A stretch of DNA of 64,000 nt from the NCBI GenBank assembly GCA_947487955.1, contig CANKYV010000002.1, positions 36,466-100,465 of the forward strand. The letters are read 5' to 3'. Positions 37,249-45,545 of this stretch are shown here, in pieces (position 1 is the first letter of the stretch; each line of letters starts with the position of its first letter). The translations under genes and the position numbers were made by a program. The notes beneath the pieces are model-generated. The model was not told the DNA's origin and did no database searches. It saw nothing but the letters and a program-made list of their open reading frames with translations. This DNA is from Alphaproteobacteria bacterium (GTDB taxonomy: Bacteria; Pseudomonadota; Alphaproteobacteria; Paracaedibacterales; CAITNM01).

Positions 37249-38724
37249 ATGTTATCAAGTTTCAACAATAGACTTTTTGTCAAATTCCGGTTAAAAATTC
37301 AGAATAGGTTACAGTTTAACGGTCTCGTGAGTTTATTAAATCCCATACGTATATCAGGCAAAGAAGTATTACCTCTTGTTGAAGGAGGGAAGGGTATTTC
37401 TATATCCAATGGAGAAAGCTCTGGCGCTTGGGCTGCAGCTGGAGGAGTTGGAACATTTTCCGCTGTTAATGCTGACGCTCATGATGCAGATGGCAACCTT
37501 ATTCCGGTAGTTTATCACGGAAAAACGCGCAGAGAACGTCATGATGAGCTAATAGCTTATTCTATTAAAGGTGGTATTACACAGGCTCGTCTTGCGCATG
37601 AACGCAGTAATGGCCAAGGTCGCATTCACATGAATGTACTTTGGGAAATGGGTGCGGTTGAGCCTATTCTTCATGGTGTTCTATCACAAACAAAAGGCCT
37701 TGTGCATGGCGTTACTTGCGGCGCTGGTATGCCGTTTAAACTTGCTGAAATTTGCGTAAGTTATGGGGTGCATTATTATCCGATCGTTTCTTCAGCACGA
37801 GCTTTTCATATTTTGTGGAAGCGTGCCTATAGTCGTTTTTCAGATTCATTAGGTGGTGTTGTCTACGAAGATCCGTGGTTAGCAGGTGGTCATAATGGTC
37901 TTTCCAATAGCGAGGACCCACTAGTTCCAGAAGATCCAATGCCTAGAGTCATTGCGCTTCGAAAGGCTATGCGCGAATGTGGACTTAACGATACACCTAT
38001 TTTTATGGCTGGTGGTGTCTGGTGGTTATCGGAATGGGCAAACTGGATTGATAATCCTGAACTTGGTCCTATTGCGTTTCAATTTGGGACTCGCCCACTT
38101 TTGACTCAAGAAAGTCCTATTTCTACTAGTTGGAAGAAAAAGCTTGTTACACTTAAAAAAGGCGACATTAGATTAAATCGCTTTAGCCCAACAGGTTTTT
38201 ACTCTTCAGGAGTACGTAATGCTTTCTTACAAAACCTAGAAAATAGATCCTTACGTCAAGTGGCCTATTCAGTTGATCCGGTTGGAGAACACACACAATC
38301 ATTTCCAGTTGGAGCAAGGGGTAGAGTTGTTTATCTAGCTCCACACGATAAAGAATCTGCTGATATATGGGTAAAGCAAGGTTTTGATACACCAATGCGC
38401 ACTCCAGACAGTACATTAGTTTTTGTAACAGAAGCAGAATCTAACCAAATTTTGACAGACCAAATTAATTGCATGGGCTGTTTATCAGCATGCAAATTTA
38501 GTAATTGGGCTCAAAATGAATCGTGGTCAACAGGTAAAAAAGCTGATCCAAGGTCTTTTTGTATTCAAAAAACACTTCAAGAAATTAGCCACAGTGAAGA
38601 TGTTGAAAATCAGCTAATGTTTGCGGGCCATCAAGCTTATCGCTTTGGGCAAGATTCTTTTTACGCAAATGGATTTGTACCAACAGTTAAGCAGTTAGTT
38701 GATCAGTTACAGACAGGCTATTAA
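37249..38724 (+). CDS. Nitronate monooxygenase / NPD-family TIM-barrel flavoprotein (long form)
   Basis: 491 aa with the motifs LPLVEGGKGISISNGESSGAWAAAGGVGTFSAV, VTCGAGMP and FMAGGVWW, resembling the 2-nitropropane dioxygenase/FabK-like family. The true start may be downstream of the listed one. Confidence 0.5.
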   Translation: MLSSFNNRLFVKFRLKIQNRLQFNGLVSLLNPIRISGKEVLPLVEGGKGISISNGESSGAWAAAGGVGTFSAVNADAHDADGNLIPVVYHGKTRRERHDELIAYSIKGGITQARLAHERSNGQGRIHMNVLWEMGAVEPILHGVLSQTKGLVHGVTCGAGMPFKLAEICVSYGVHYYPIVSSARAFHILWKRAYSRFSDSLGGVVYEDPWLAGGHNGLSNSEDPLVPEDPMPRVIALRKAMRECGLNDTPIFMAGGVWWLSEWANWIDNPELGPIAFQFGTRPLLTQESPISTSWKKKLVTLKKGDIRLNRFSPTGFYSSGVRNAFLQNLENRSLRQVAYSVDPVGEHTQSFPVGARGRVVYLAPHDKESADIWVKQGFDTPMRTPDSTLVFVTEAESNQILTDQINCMGCLSACKFSNWAQNESWSTGKKADPRSFCIQKTLQEISHSEDVENQLMFAGHQAYRFGQDSFYANGFVPTVKQLVDQLQTGY

Positions 38725-38726
38725 AT

Positions 38727-39197
38727 ATGGATTTTTTCCGCTCTCTCGACAAAAATATTCCTATTTTCGTATATACAGATGGAGCTTGCAGCGGAAATCC
38801 CGGCCCAGGAGGCTGGGGAGTGGTTGTGCATGCAAACGACAAAACTTTTGATTGGAATGGAGGAGAGCTTCAAACAACCAATAATCGCATGGAATTGACC
38901 GCCTGCATTGAAGCTTTAAAATTAATACCAAAAGACCTTTCCATTACATTACGTACTGATAGCCGTTATGTTCAAGACGGTGTCCTTCACTGGATTGCAG
39001 GATGGAAAAAAAATGGATGGAAAACAGCCGCTAAAACTCCTGTGAAAAATCAAGATCTTTGGCAAGAATTAGATAATCTGACCCAAAATCGTTTAATTCA
39101 CTGGGAATGGGTCGCCGCTCACAATGGCAACGATGGCAATGAACGAGCCGATATGATGGCAAAACAAGGAATCGTGATTGCCAAGATGAAGGGCTAA
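38727..39197 (+). CDS. rnhA: Ribonuclease HI
   Basis: 156 aa with VYTDGACSGNPGPGGWGVVV, TNNRMEL and ADMMAK, which include the catalytic DEDD pattern. Confidence 0.9.
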   Translation: MDFFRSLDKNIPIFVYTDGACSGNPGPGGWGVVVHANDKTFDWNGGELQTTNNRMELTACIEALKLIPKDLSITLRTDSRYVQDGVLHWIAGWKKNGWKTAAKTPVKNQDLWQELDNLTQNRLIHWEWVAAHNGNDGNERADMMAKQGIVIAKMKG

Positions 39198-39201
39198 TTT
39201 T

Positions 39202-39672
39202 TTAACTCAGGTAATGTCTTACTTCGTACGCATCACTTTCTAGAACAACCTGCCATCCTTCTTTATAATCTGGCGCCAGTATAATTGGCGCTTTAGTATT
39301 TACGCTAATTCGTTGTTTTTCAGATTCTTGATGAGCTGTTGCAACTAAAAATATAGCGACATCTTCAAACCCAAGATCTCGAGCTTGTAGATGAACTTTT
39401 AAATCTGCGGCGTCAATAAGGCGATCACCTCTAGGGCCTGCTGCTGCATCTGCTATAATTAGCGTGATATCTTGTTGTTCCATTGATTGTAAACACATAT
39501 AAGAGTCTGGCGTATTTTCACAAGGCAACTCTGCAACAATAAAATTTCTCAAATTATTAAACCCAAAAATTCCATTTTTAAAATAAAAGATATCTTCAAG
39601 GGTATATTCAAGTTCTCCAATTTTAGTTGTAAGAGATCTTTTAAGTAAATTTGACGTGGTAGTTCCAAACAT
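39202..39672 (-). CDS. fliW: Flagellar assembly factor FliW
   Basis: 156 aa with FKNGIFGFNNLRNFIV, CLQSMEQQDITLIIAD and VNTKAPIILAPDYKEGWQVVLESDAYEVRHYL, matching the FliW (DUF180) pattern. It lies downstream of flgL. Confidence 0.75.
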   Translation of the reverse strand: MFGTTTSNLLKRSLTTKIGELEYTLEDIFYFKNGIFGFNNLRNFIVAELPCENTPDSYMCLQSMEQQDITLIIADAAAGPRGDRLIDAADLKVHLQARDLGFEDVAIFLVATAHQESEKQRISVNTKAPIILAPDYKEGWQVVLESDAYEVRHYLS

Positions 39673-39677
39673 AATTT

Positions 39678-40586
39678 TTATCCTTCTAACATTCTTGCTG
39701 CATTTTGAGCATTACGCATTTGTTGGGTAAGCAAATGCTGACAAATTTGTTCCATCACATTTGATGACATAAGCTCTGTTAATAATTCCTCGACGCTATC
39801 TTCTGTATAATGTTCTCTTAGTTCCATTGCTTCTTGGATTGCATTTGATAATTCTTCGTCTTGATTCTCAACTTTATTGATTTCGTCTAATTTGTTGTAG
39901 TATTTTGACAGCAGTGCTTTTTGTGCGTTTGCAGCTAAAGCGCTTGCCTGATCAGAAGCAGAATCTGCTCCACTAGTTGATTCCCCAAGTTTCATAATTG
40001 CTTGATAAAGTGCTCCCACTTCTGCATCAAAATCGCTTCCTGATAAGCTAACAGTATCTCCCTCATCGTTAATATAAACAGTGATCGATCCTGATACAGG
40101 CGTGCTATAAGCAGTTGGTGATGCATTATATGCAGCAAAAGTTGTCGCATTCTTCATTGGTGGGTTTTGTGTTGCAATACCCCCCATTGCATATTCATCA
40201 GATATGGAATTGATGCTGTTGCCGATGTTTTGAAACAAATTTTTTATGTCGTCTTGAGTTGCAGCTAGTCCAGGTCTTGTATCTCCCATTGTGTAGCTAC
40301 CTGGCATAAATTCAGTTTGAATTCTTTGTGCTAGCTTTATGTAATTATCTAGTGCTAAAAGCTGAGTTCTCAAGCGATTTTCAACAAGCACATTATCTTT
40401 TTTAAATCCTTCAAGGCGTTCGATTTTATTTGTTGTTGTAATGCTAATATCAATCTGAGTACTAGTTTTTTCAGACCAAGCAGCTTGTGTCCCTCCAGTC
40501 GCAAGTCTTTCACTAAGCTTGAGACCCTGCCTACGAGTTTCGCTCACTCTTCCCGCCATAGAACCTAAACTATCTATACTACTCAT
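39678..40586 (-). CDS. flgL: Flagellar hook-associated protein 3 (FlgL-like, divergent)
   Basis: 302 aa, located directly downstream of flgK. The helical N- and C-termini are flagellin-family-like (C-terminal LLTQQMRNAQNAARMLEG). The sequence is divergent. Confidence 0.5.
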   Translation of the reverse strand: MSSIDSLGSMAGRVSETRRQGLKLSERLATGGTQAAWSEKTSTQIDISITTTNKIERLEGFKKDNVLVENRLRTQLLALDNYIKLAQRIQTEFMPGSYTMGDTRPGLAATQDDIKNLFQNIGNSINSISDEYAMGGIATQNPPMKNATTFAAYNASPTAYSTPVSGSITVYINDEGDTVSLSGSDFDAEVGALYQAIMKLGESTSGADSASDQASALAANAQKALLSKYYNKLDEINKVENQDEELSNAIQEAMELREHYTEDSVEELLTELMSSNVMEQICQHLLTQQMRNAQNAARMLEG

Positions 40587-40609
40587 ACAAAATTCCTTAC
40601 CTTAATTAT

Positions 40610-42553
40610 TTATTGTCCCATCTCTGCGACACGACTCATCATTCGCCAGTAGTTATTCAAAAAAGAAAAATACAAATCCTGACTTTTTGAAATCTGCATG
40701 GAACGAATAGCTATTTCCTGCTCATCCATTCCGTAATTTTGATCAAATAATATTTTCTGCTGTTTGTATGCTTCTTCCTGCGCTTCTACTTCTTCTTTTA
40801 AAGAATCTGCTGAGCTTGCAACTTGTTTCACTAGCCCTTTAGAGAATTCTTCTAATGTTTGAGAAATTGTTCCTCCAGTTGAGGTTTGAAAGCTTATCTT
40901 AGTGCGAGTAAATAAATCACTCATTGCACGTCCAATTGTGGCATCACCAGATACAGCCTGAGCCTCTCCAAGTGCATCATCCCTTAACTTATTAAGTGAA
41001 AAATATTGAGGATTGCTTAGCATGGCGCCGTTAACACTAAGGTTAGAAGCAAGTCCAGTTATTGATCCTCCTCGCCAAAAACCAGAAGAAGCGGTCAAAA
41101 CATCATTTAAATGAAAAAATTCGCTGAATCCATACGCTGTTGACCCAGTTACAGCTATGGTAGGGGCTGCTGATCCATCTACGCTTCCCAGGCTTATACC
41201 ACAACCTGTATCTGTTGTGGCTATCTGCAAAGAACCATTAACAATAGCGGCTGTTACGTGACCAGATAAAGTCGAATTACTATTAATAAGGTTTATGACA
41301 TCATTAACACTTCCAACGCCGCTCAGATCAATATCTGCATTAATAGTAGCTAGATTTGTAGATGTATTGATAACAGCAACTCTAAGTGTGCCTGCGCCTG
41401 TTATAGCTATGCTGTCTGTTAAAGTTGCGCCGCCAATATAACCGGAACTATTGCTTTGTAACGTCGCACGAGGCTCAATTGCCGTACTTAAATTATGAAT
41501 AGCATTAAAAGAATCACGCAGCCCTGCAGCATAAGCATCAAGTGCTTGACCAAATACTACAGAATCTCCTTGTAAAAATGACACAAGACCAGACATTGCT
41601 CCGCCTTGAGCATTTGCAAAATCACTTGTTACATCAAAAATGAAAGCCTCTGATCTTCTATCATAATAATTAGGATCACTGGGACTTCCTGATAAAGCAT
41701 CTGCTCCTGTTGATGGAGATTCCATGGCTGTAGTATCTACTGCAAGTGATTGCAGTGTAATCGTTCCTGCACTAAATATTTGAGAAGCATCAATTGCAGG
41801 AGGTGCATTATAGACAAATTCTGCGGCTAGCGAACCTTGAACAAGTACGCGTCCTTTAGGAGTGGTAACTAGAAATTCACTATCACTTCCTTCTTCCACA
41901 TTAATTTGTATATGTTCAGCTAATTGATTTAATAGATCTCTGCGTTGCCTTGAGTTAGAAATATTTGTATCAGGTGTGGCGCCTACTTCATTCATGCTGG
42001 CATTAATGGCTGCAATCTTTTGAAGTAAATTATTAATAGTGGGAAGTTCAGTCGATAATTCTTGTGAGGCTGAATTACGTAAATCCTGCAATTTATTTGC
42101 AAGGATATTTATTTGGCGCGTGTGGTCAGCTATTGCATCAAGAACGGCTTTTTTGTTTGCTGGTGTGTCTCCACCCTTGGCGCATACCGCATTTATCGTC
42201 GTAACAATCTTATTTCCACTATTTAGAAAAGCATTGCTTGCGCCCATTTGTCCAAAAGCTCTTTCATAATTGCCAATATATTTTGCTAATTCTTCATTTT
42301 GTTTTAATTGTGCAGCAAGACCGCGTAATTGATTTTCTGCGCCACTATCCGTAACTTCTCGAACTTCACCGTCAGTAATACCAATTGCGTTACCATTTGA
42401 ATAATAAATTGAGGATTCTTGAATTGTTTGTGTGAAACCTGGTTGATCCATTGCAACCATGTCGAGTTCTAAGCGTTTCATTGCTTTGCTTTGTTGTTTC
42501 AAAGCCGCTAAAGCTAACCCAAGTTCTGATCCTCCCCAAACTGTACCAACCAT
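40610..42553 (-). CDS. flgK: Flagellar hook-associated protein 1 FlgK
   Basis: 647 aa with a conserved helical N-terminus, a C-terminus (GMDEQEIAIRSMQISKSQDLYFSFLNNYWRMMSRV) resembling the FlgK C-terminal rod-like domain, and a large Ser/Thr/Ala/Gly-rich central domain. Confidence 0.65.
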   Translation of the reverse strand: MVGTVWGGSELGLALAALKQQSKAMKRLELDMVAMDQPGFTQTIQESSIYYSNGNAIGITDGEVREVTDSGAENQLRGLAAQLKQNEELAKYIGNYERAFGQMGASNAFLNSGNKIVTTINAVCAKGGDTPANKKAVLDAIADHTRQINILANKLQDLRNSASQELSTELPTINNLLQKIAAINASMNEVGATPDTNISNSRQRRDLLNQLAEHIQINVEEGSDSEFLVTTPKGRVLVQGSLAAEFVYNAPPAIDASQIFSAGTITLQSLAVDTTAMESPSTGADALSGSPSDPNYYDRRSEAFIFDVTSDFANAQGGAMSGLVSFLQGDSVVFGQALDAYAAGLRDSFNAIHNLSTAIEPRATLQSNSSGYIGGATLTDSIAITGAGTLRVAVINTSTNLATINADIDLSGVGSVNDVINLINSNSTLSGHVTAAIVNGSLQIATTDTGCGISLGSVDGSAAPTIAVTGSTAYGFSEFFHLNDVLTASSGFWRGGSITGLASNLSVNGAMLSNPQYFSLNKLRDDALGEAQAVSGDATIGRAMSDLFTRTKISFQTSTGGTISQTLEEFSKGLVKQVASSADSLKEEVEAQEEAYKQQKILFDQNYGMDEQEIAIRSMQISKSQDLYFSFLNNYWRMMSRVAEMGQ

Positions 42554-42562
42554 ATTTTCCTC

Positions 42563-42979
42563 CTACACTACATGCTGCACACCAAGACTTGGTGCGTAAG
42601 AGGTTTCAAATAGTTTTCCAAACGCTGTGTAAAACGTTGGTTTAATTCTTACTTTCTCAAAATACAAATCCATTAGTTTCTTATTTCCTCGACCCGAAAG
42701 ATCCAGTAAATCAAGATTTTTTTGCATTGCATTCGTAATGATTTTTAGTAATTCATCAACTTTTTGTCGCTGCGATGCTTCTAGTTGTTTCCAGCAAGTT
42801 GGATCAAGTATTTGATTGGCAAAATGTTGGTTACTTTTAAAAAGCTCTGTCTTCTTTTGTAACAATGAATCCAATTGAGTCAGGCGTGTGTCTTTTAGAT
42901 ACTGCTCTTCCATTTCCATAACTTGCAGTAAGCTTTCTGCTGTATTACAAAAATCCTTATATATCTCAGAGCCAGACAT
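42563..42979 (-). CDS. Possible FlgN-like flagellar chaperone
   Basis: A 138-aa all-helical protein positioned between the rod-binding protein gene and flgK. The call is from context only. Confidence 0.35.
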   Translation of the reverse strand: MSGSEIYKDFCNTAESLLQVMEMEEQYLKDTRLTQLDSLLQKKTELFKSNQHFANQILDPTCWKQLEASQRQKVDELLKIITNAMQKNLDLLDLSGRGNKKLMDLYFEKVRIKPTFYTAFGKLFETSYAPSLGVQHVV

Positions 42980-43346
42980 CGACCGCCTCCCTCATTTCTC
43001 CATGATTGTTTAAAGCTGGCTGAGGGGTATTTTCTGTATCCATCGTGCTGTACAAGCTTTTTTTGATAGAAGCTTTAATGTTGAGTGACTCTGCGCCTCC
43101 TGCGTGCGCGATAGCATCAATAAACATTGAACGTAAAATTCCAGAAGCATGGCTTTCTCCCCATATGGCACTATCTTCTGTTGTTGCAAACATAGATTTC
43201 ACCATGTGTGCGTAACACATAACCTCGTATTCTCCTGCAACCTTATCAATTTCCTTTTCATTGTTGCGAACATGAGTAAGTGATTCCAACCTATTTAAGG
43301 AGGATTGTGATGTCATAACTGAAATATCGACATTAGGTTGAATCAT
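42966..43346 (-). CDS. flgJ: Flagellar rod-binding protein (FlgJ N-terminal / Rod_binding domain only)
   Basis: 126 aa. The segment AGEYEVMCYAHMVKSMFATTEDSAIWGESHASGILRSMFIDAIAHAGG fits the Rod_binding pattern. It lies downstream of flgI, as in alphaproteobacteria. Confidence 0.55.
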   Translation of the reverse strand: MIQPNVDISVMTSQSSLNRLESLTHVRNNEKEIDKVAGEYEVMCYAHMVKSMFATTEDSAIWGESHASGILRSMFIDAIAHAGGAESLNIKASIKKSLYSTMDTENTPQPALNNHGEMREAVDVWL

Positions 43347-43349
43347 AAT

Positions 43350-44960
43350 TTAGCTCACTATAATTTCTGCATGCAGAGCACCGGCTGATTTTATACCCTG
43401 CAAAATTTGTGCCGTTTCTCTAGGTGTAGTGCCTAAAAGACTTAAAGCTTTTACTAGTTCTTCAAGATCAGCGCCAGATTCTAAAATAGTAAATTTACCT
43501 TTTTGTTCATCCACGTTAATTTTTGTTTCCGGCACAACAGTTGCTTGTTGTAATGGAGGTCCAGGGTTAAGAACAGCATTCATCATCGATGGTGCTGGTT
43601 GTGGTGCTGTCGGTGCATTTTGCAAAGGTGTAACAGGGGCAGCAGTTGGCATAGCATTAATAGCCAATGCTATTTGCTGAGGAGATGCGTTTGCAGGAAA
43701 CGCAACCAACGTAGCTGCTATCTTATCAGGAGTAACACCGGCAGGAATAACAGTTACTGCTGCTGGGCCTGTACCTGCTCCATTTCCAACAATACTACTT
43801 ATTGCGGCAGCTATAGTTGCGGTAGAAGCATTTCCAGGAAGGCTATATAAAGCATTTCGTACTTGTTCTGAAGTAGCATCTGTGGGAATAATTGCTGTTA
43901 TAGGGGTGCTAGTCACTGTTTGGGGTTGTATCTCTGTTTGTGCAATTGGCATCGGTGCTGGTATATTTGGTTGAAGTTCCATTGGTGCTCCATGATTATT
44001 AGCCTGTGGATTTGTAACTTGTGTAAGTGAATTAGGCTGTGAAACAGCAGAAGATTCAGTAATACGAACTGAAATTGAACCATGAGTTAAAGCTACCGTG
44101 CTTATACGTACTTTGCTTCCAAGAACAATAACTCCAGCAGGATCAATAATAACTTTTGCAACTTGATCAGGTTCAATTTCTAGTTGTTCTATTTGTGTCA
44201 TTGCTTCAATAATTTTTTCAGATGATCCTTTAGGCATTTCAATGTGAATTCCAGCTGAATCTTGAGCTGACGCAACTGTGCGCTGGAAGTGTGTATTTAT
44301 TGCTTCGGCAACACGTTTCGCTGTTGTTAAATCAGGGCTTCTTAAATTTAAAGTTTGATTTTTTATATCTGTTAGCTGGAAAATAATTTCTTTTTCTACA
44401 ATGGCTCCATTTGGAATTTTTGCGGTCGTTGGTAAGCCTGTAGCTTGAGAAGCTGCAACACCCACAACAGCCATACCAGAAGGAAGAACTTCACCTTGCG
44501 CAACAGCGTAGACCTCTCCATCTGCTGCTATTAAAGGTGTAACTAAAAGTGTGCCCCCATTCAAATCTTTTGCATCTCCAAGCGCCGAAACTACTACATC
44601 AATAGTTGTCCCTGTATGTGCGAACGGAGGCAATTTTGCTGTTACCATTACTGCTGCTACGTTTTTTCCTGATGGCAAGGCGTTATCACGAATATTAACG
44701 CCTAATCGCTCCAGCATTGCTGTTAAGCTCTCCTTTGTGTAAGGCGAATTTGCAAGGGTGTCACCGGTGCCGCTTAAGCCAACAACTAAGCCATATCCCA
44801 CAAGTTGGTTATCACGAATTCCAGAGAAATGAGCAATATCTTTAATGCGTACTTTTAGAGTTGATTTTTTTAAAACGGTTAGATCAGCCTTACCATTAGG
44901 ACTTTCTGCATTAACACTTAAGTTAAATAGTAGAGACAATAAAACACAGACAAAAGTCAT
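43350..44960 (-). CDS. flgI: Flagellar P-ring protein FlgI with large internal insertion
   Basis: 536 aa with a signal peptide. FlgI motifs include NQLVGYGLVVGLSGTGD, GGTLLVTPL and the C-terminal LVKALSLLGTTPRETAQILQGIKSAGALHAEIIVS. An insertion of about 160 aa rich in Pro/Ala/Thr/Gln (about aa 311-472) separates SAVSQPN from TVVPETKINV. Typical FlgI proteins are about 360-380 aa. Confidence 0.85.
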   Translation of the reverse strand: MTFVCVLLSLLFNLSVNAESPNGKADLTVLKKSTLKVRIKDIAHFSGIRDNQLVGYGLVVGLSGTGDTLANSPYTKESLTAMLERLGVNIRDNALPSGKNVAAVMVTAKLPPFAHTGTTIDVVVSALGDAKDLNGGTLLVTPLIAADGEVYAVAQGEVLPSGMAVVGVAASQATGLPTTAKIPNGAIVEKEIIFQLTDIKNQTLNLRSPDLTTAKRVAEAINTHFQRTVASAQDSAGIHIEMPKGSSEKIIEAMTQIEQLEIEPDQVAKVIIDPAGVIVLGSKVRISTVALTHGSISVRITESSAVSQPNSLTQVTNPQANNHGAPMELQPNIPAPMPIAQTEIQPQTVTSTPITAIIPTDATSEQVRNALYSLPGNASTATIAAAISSIVGNGAGTGPAAVTVIPAGVTPDKIAATLVAFPANASPQQIALAINAMPTAAPVTPLQNAPTAPQPAPSMMNAVLNPGPPLQQATVVPETKINVDEQKGKFTILESGADLEELVKALSLLGTTPRETAQILQGIKSAGALHAEIIVS

Positions 44961-45174
44961 GAGAATCCTTCCTTTGTTAGTGAGTTATGCAATTGTTGTG
45001 CCAAGTAACTTGATCGGGAAAAAAATTCTTTAATGCAATTTTCTTATCAACAAAAAAAATAGCCCAAGCCTTGCAACTAAGCCCCCAAGCGGCTTTTAGG
45101 TATGGGCTAAAATATTTTTTGCCAAAAATTAAATTAGAATAAGAATCAACAAGTCGACTTGGGAATAAAACAGT

Positions 45175-45524
45175 GTGTCATCCCTGGCAAGACGCGGTAA
45201 GCGTCGCAGTCCGGGGAACCATAAAAGCATTGGATTCTTGACGCTTTTCAGGCCTCAGAAAGACGATGGAGGAAGTACATTCTCGTCATCCTGAGCCCTC
45301 GAAGAGGGCGCGAGGATCCATTCAGAATACATAGAACTGGATCACCACGACCACTACGTGGTCTTGTGAAGACGAAAATGTCGTCATTGCGAACCTCCGA
45401 AGAAGGTGCGGCAATCTCCATACGCCGCGTCATTCCAGGGCGAAGCCCGTGGAAACCAGTCCTATAAATTCTTTAGTTTCTCTGTTGCAAACGTCGTCCC
45501 GTTGAAAGCGGGAGCAGGGTCCAG
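45175..45524. repeat. Array of seven degenerate GC-rich hairpin repeats (five forward, two inverted)
   Basis: Forward units are at about 45177-45222, 45284-45321, 45382-45420, 45428-45462 and 45492-45524. Inverted units are at 45231-45266 and 45338-45375. The shared design is (C)GTCAT + outer arm + inner GC hairpin (for example CCCTC-GAA-GAGGG) + complementary arm + ATCCA. GC content is strikingly higher than in the flanking DNA. Confidence 0.75.
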
Positions 45525-45545
45525 TAATGGCATCAATATTGACGT

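Noticed and set aside
44961-45174. A sigma-28 type flagellar promoter or structured RNA upstream of flgI
   Set aside because: Only a weak 7-bp inverted repeat (TAGCCCA...TGGGCTA) is present and there is no clear TAAA-N15-GCCGATAA match. The evidence is insufficient.
45248-45433. A 61-aa ORF on the minus strand inside the repeat array
   Set aside because: It is composed entirely of translated repeat units (for example IAAPSSEVRNDD) with no start context. It is an artefact of GC-rich repeats in an AT-rich genome.
45175-45524. Could the repeat array be a CRISPR locus?
   Set aside because: The units are degenerate rather than near-identical, occur in both orientations, abut each other with irregular short gaps instead of uniform unique spacers, and no cas genes are in the window. 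The pattern fits REP/MITE-like hairpin elements better.
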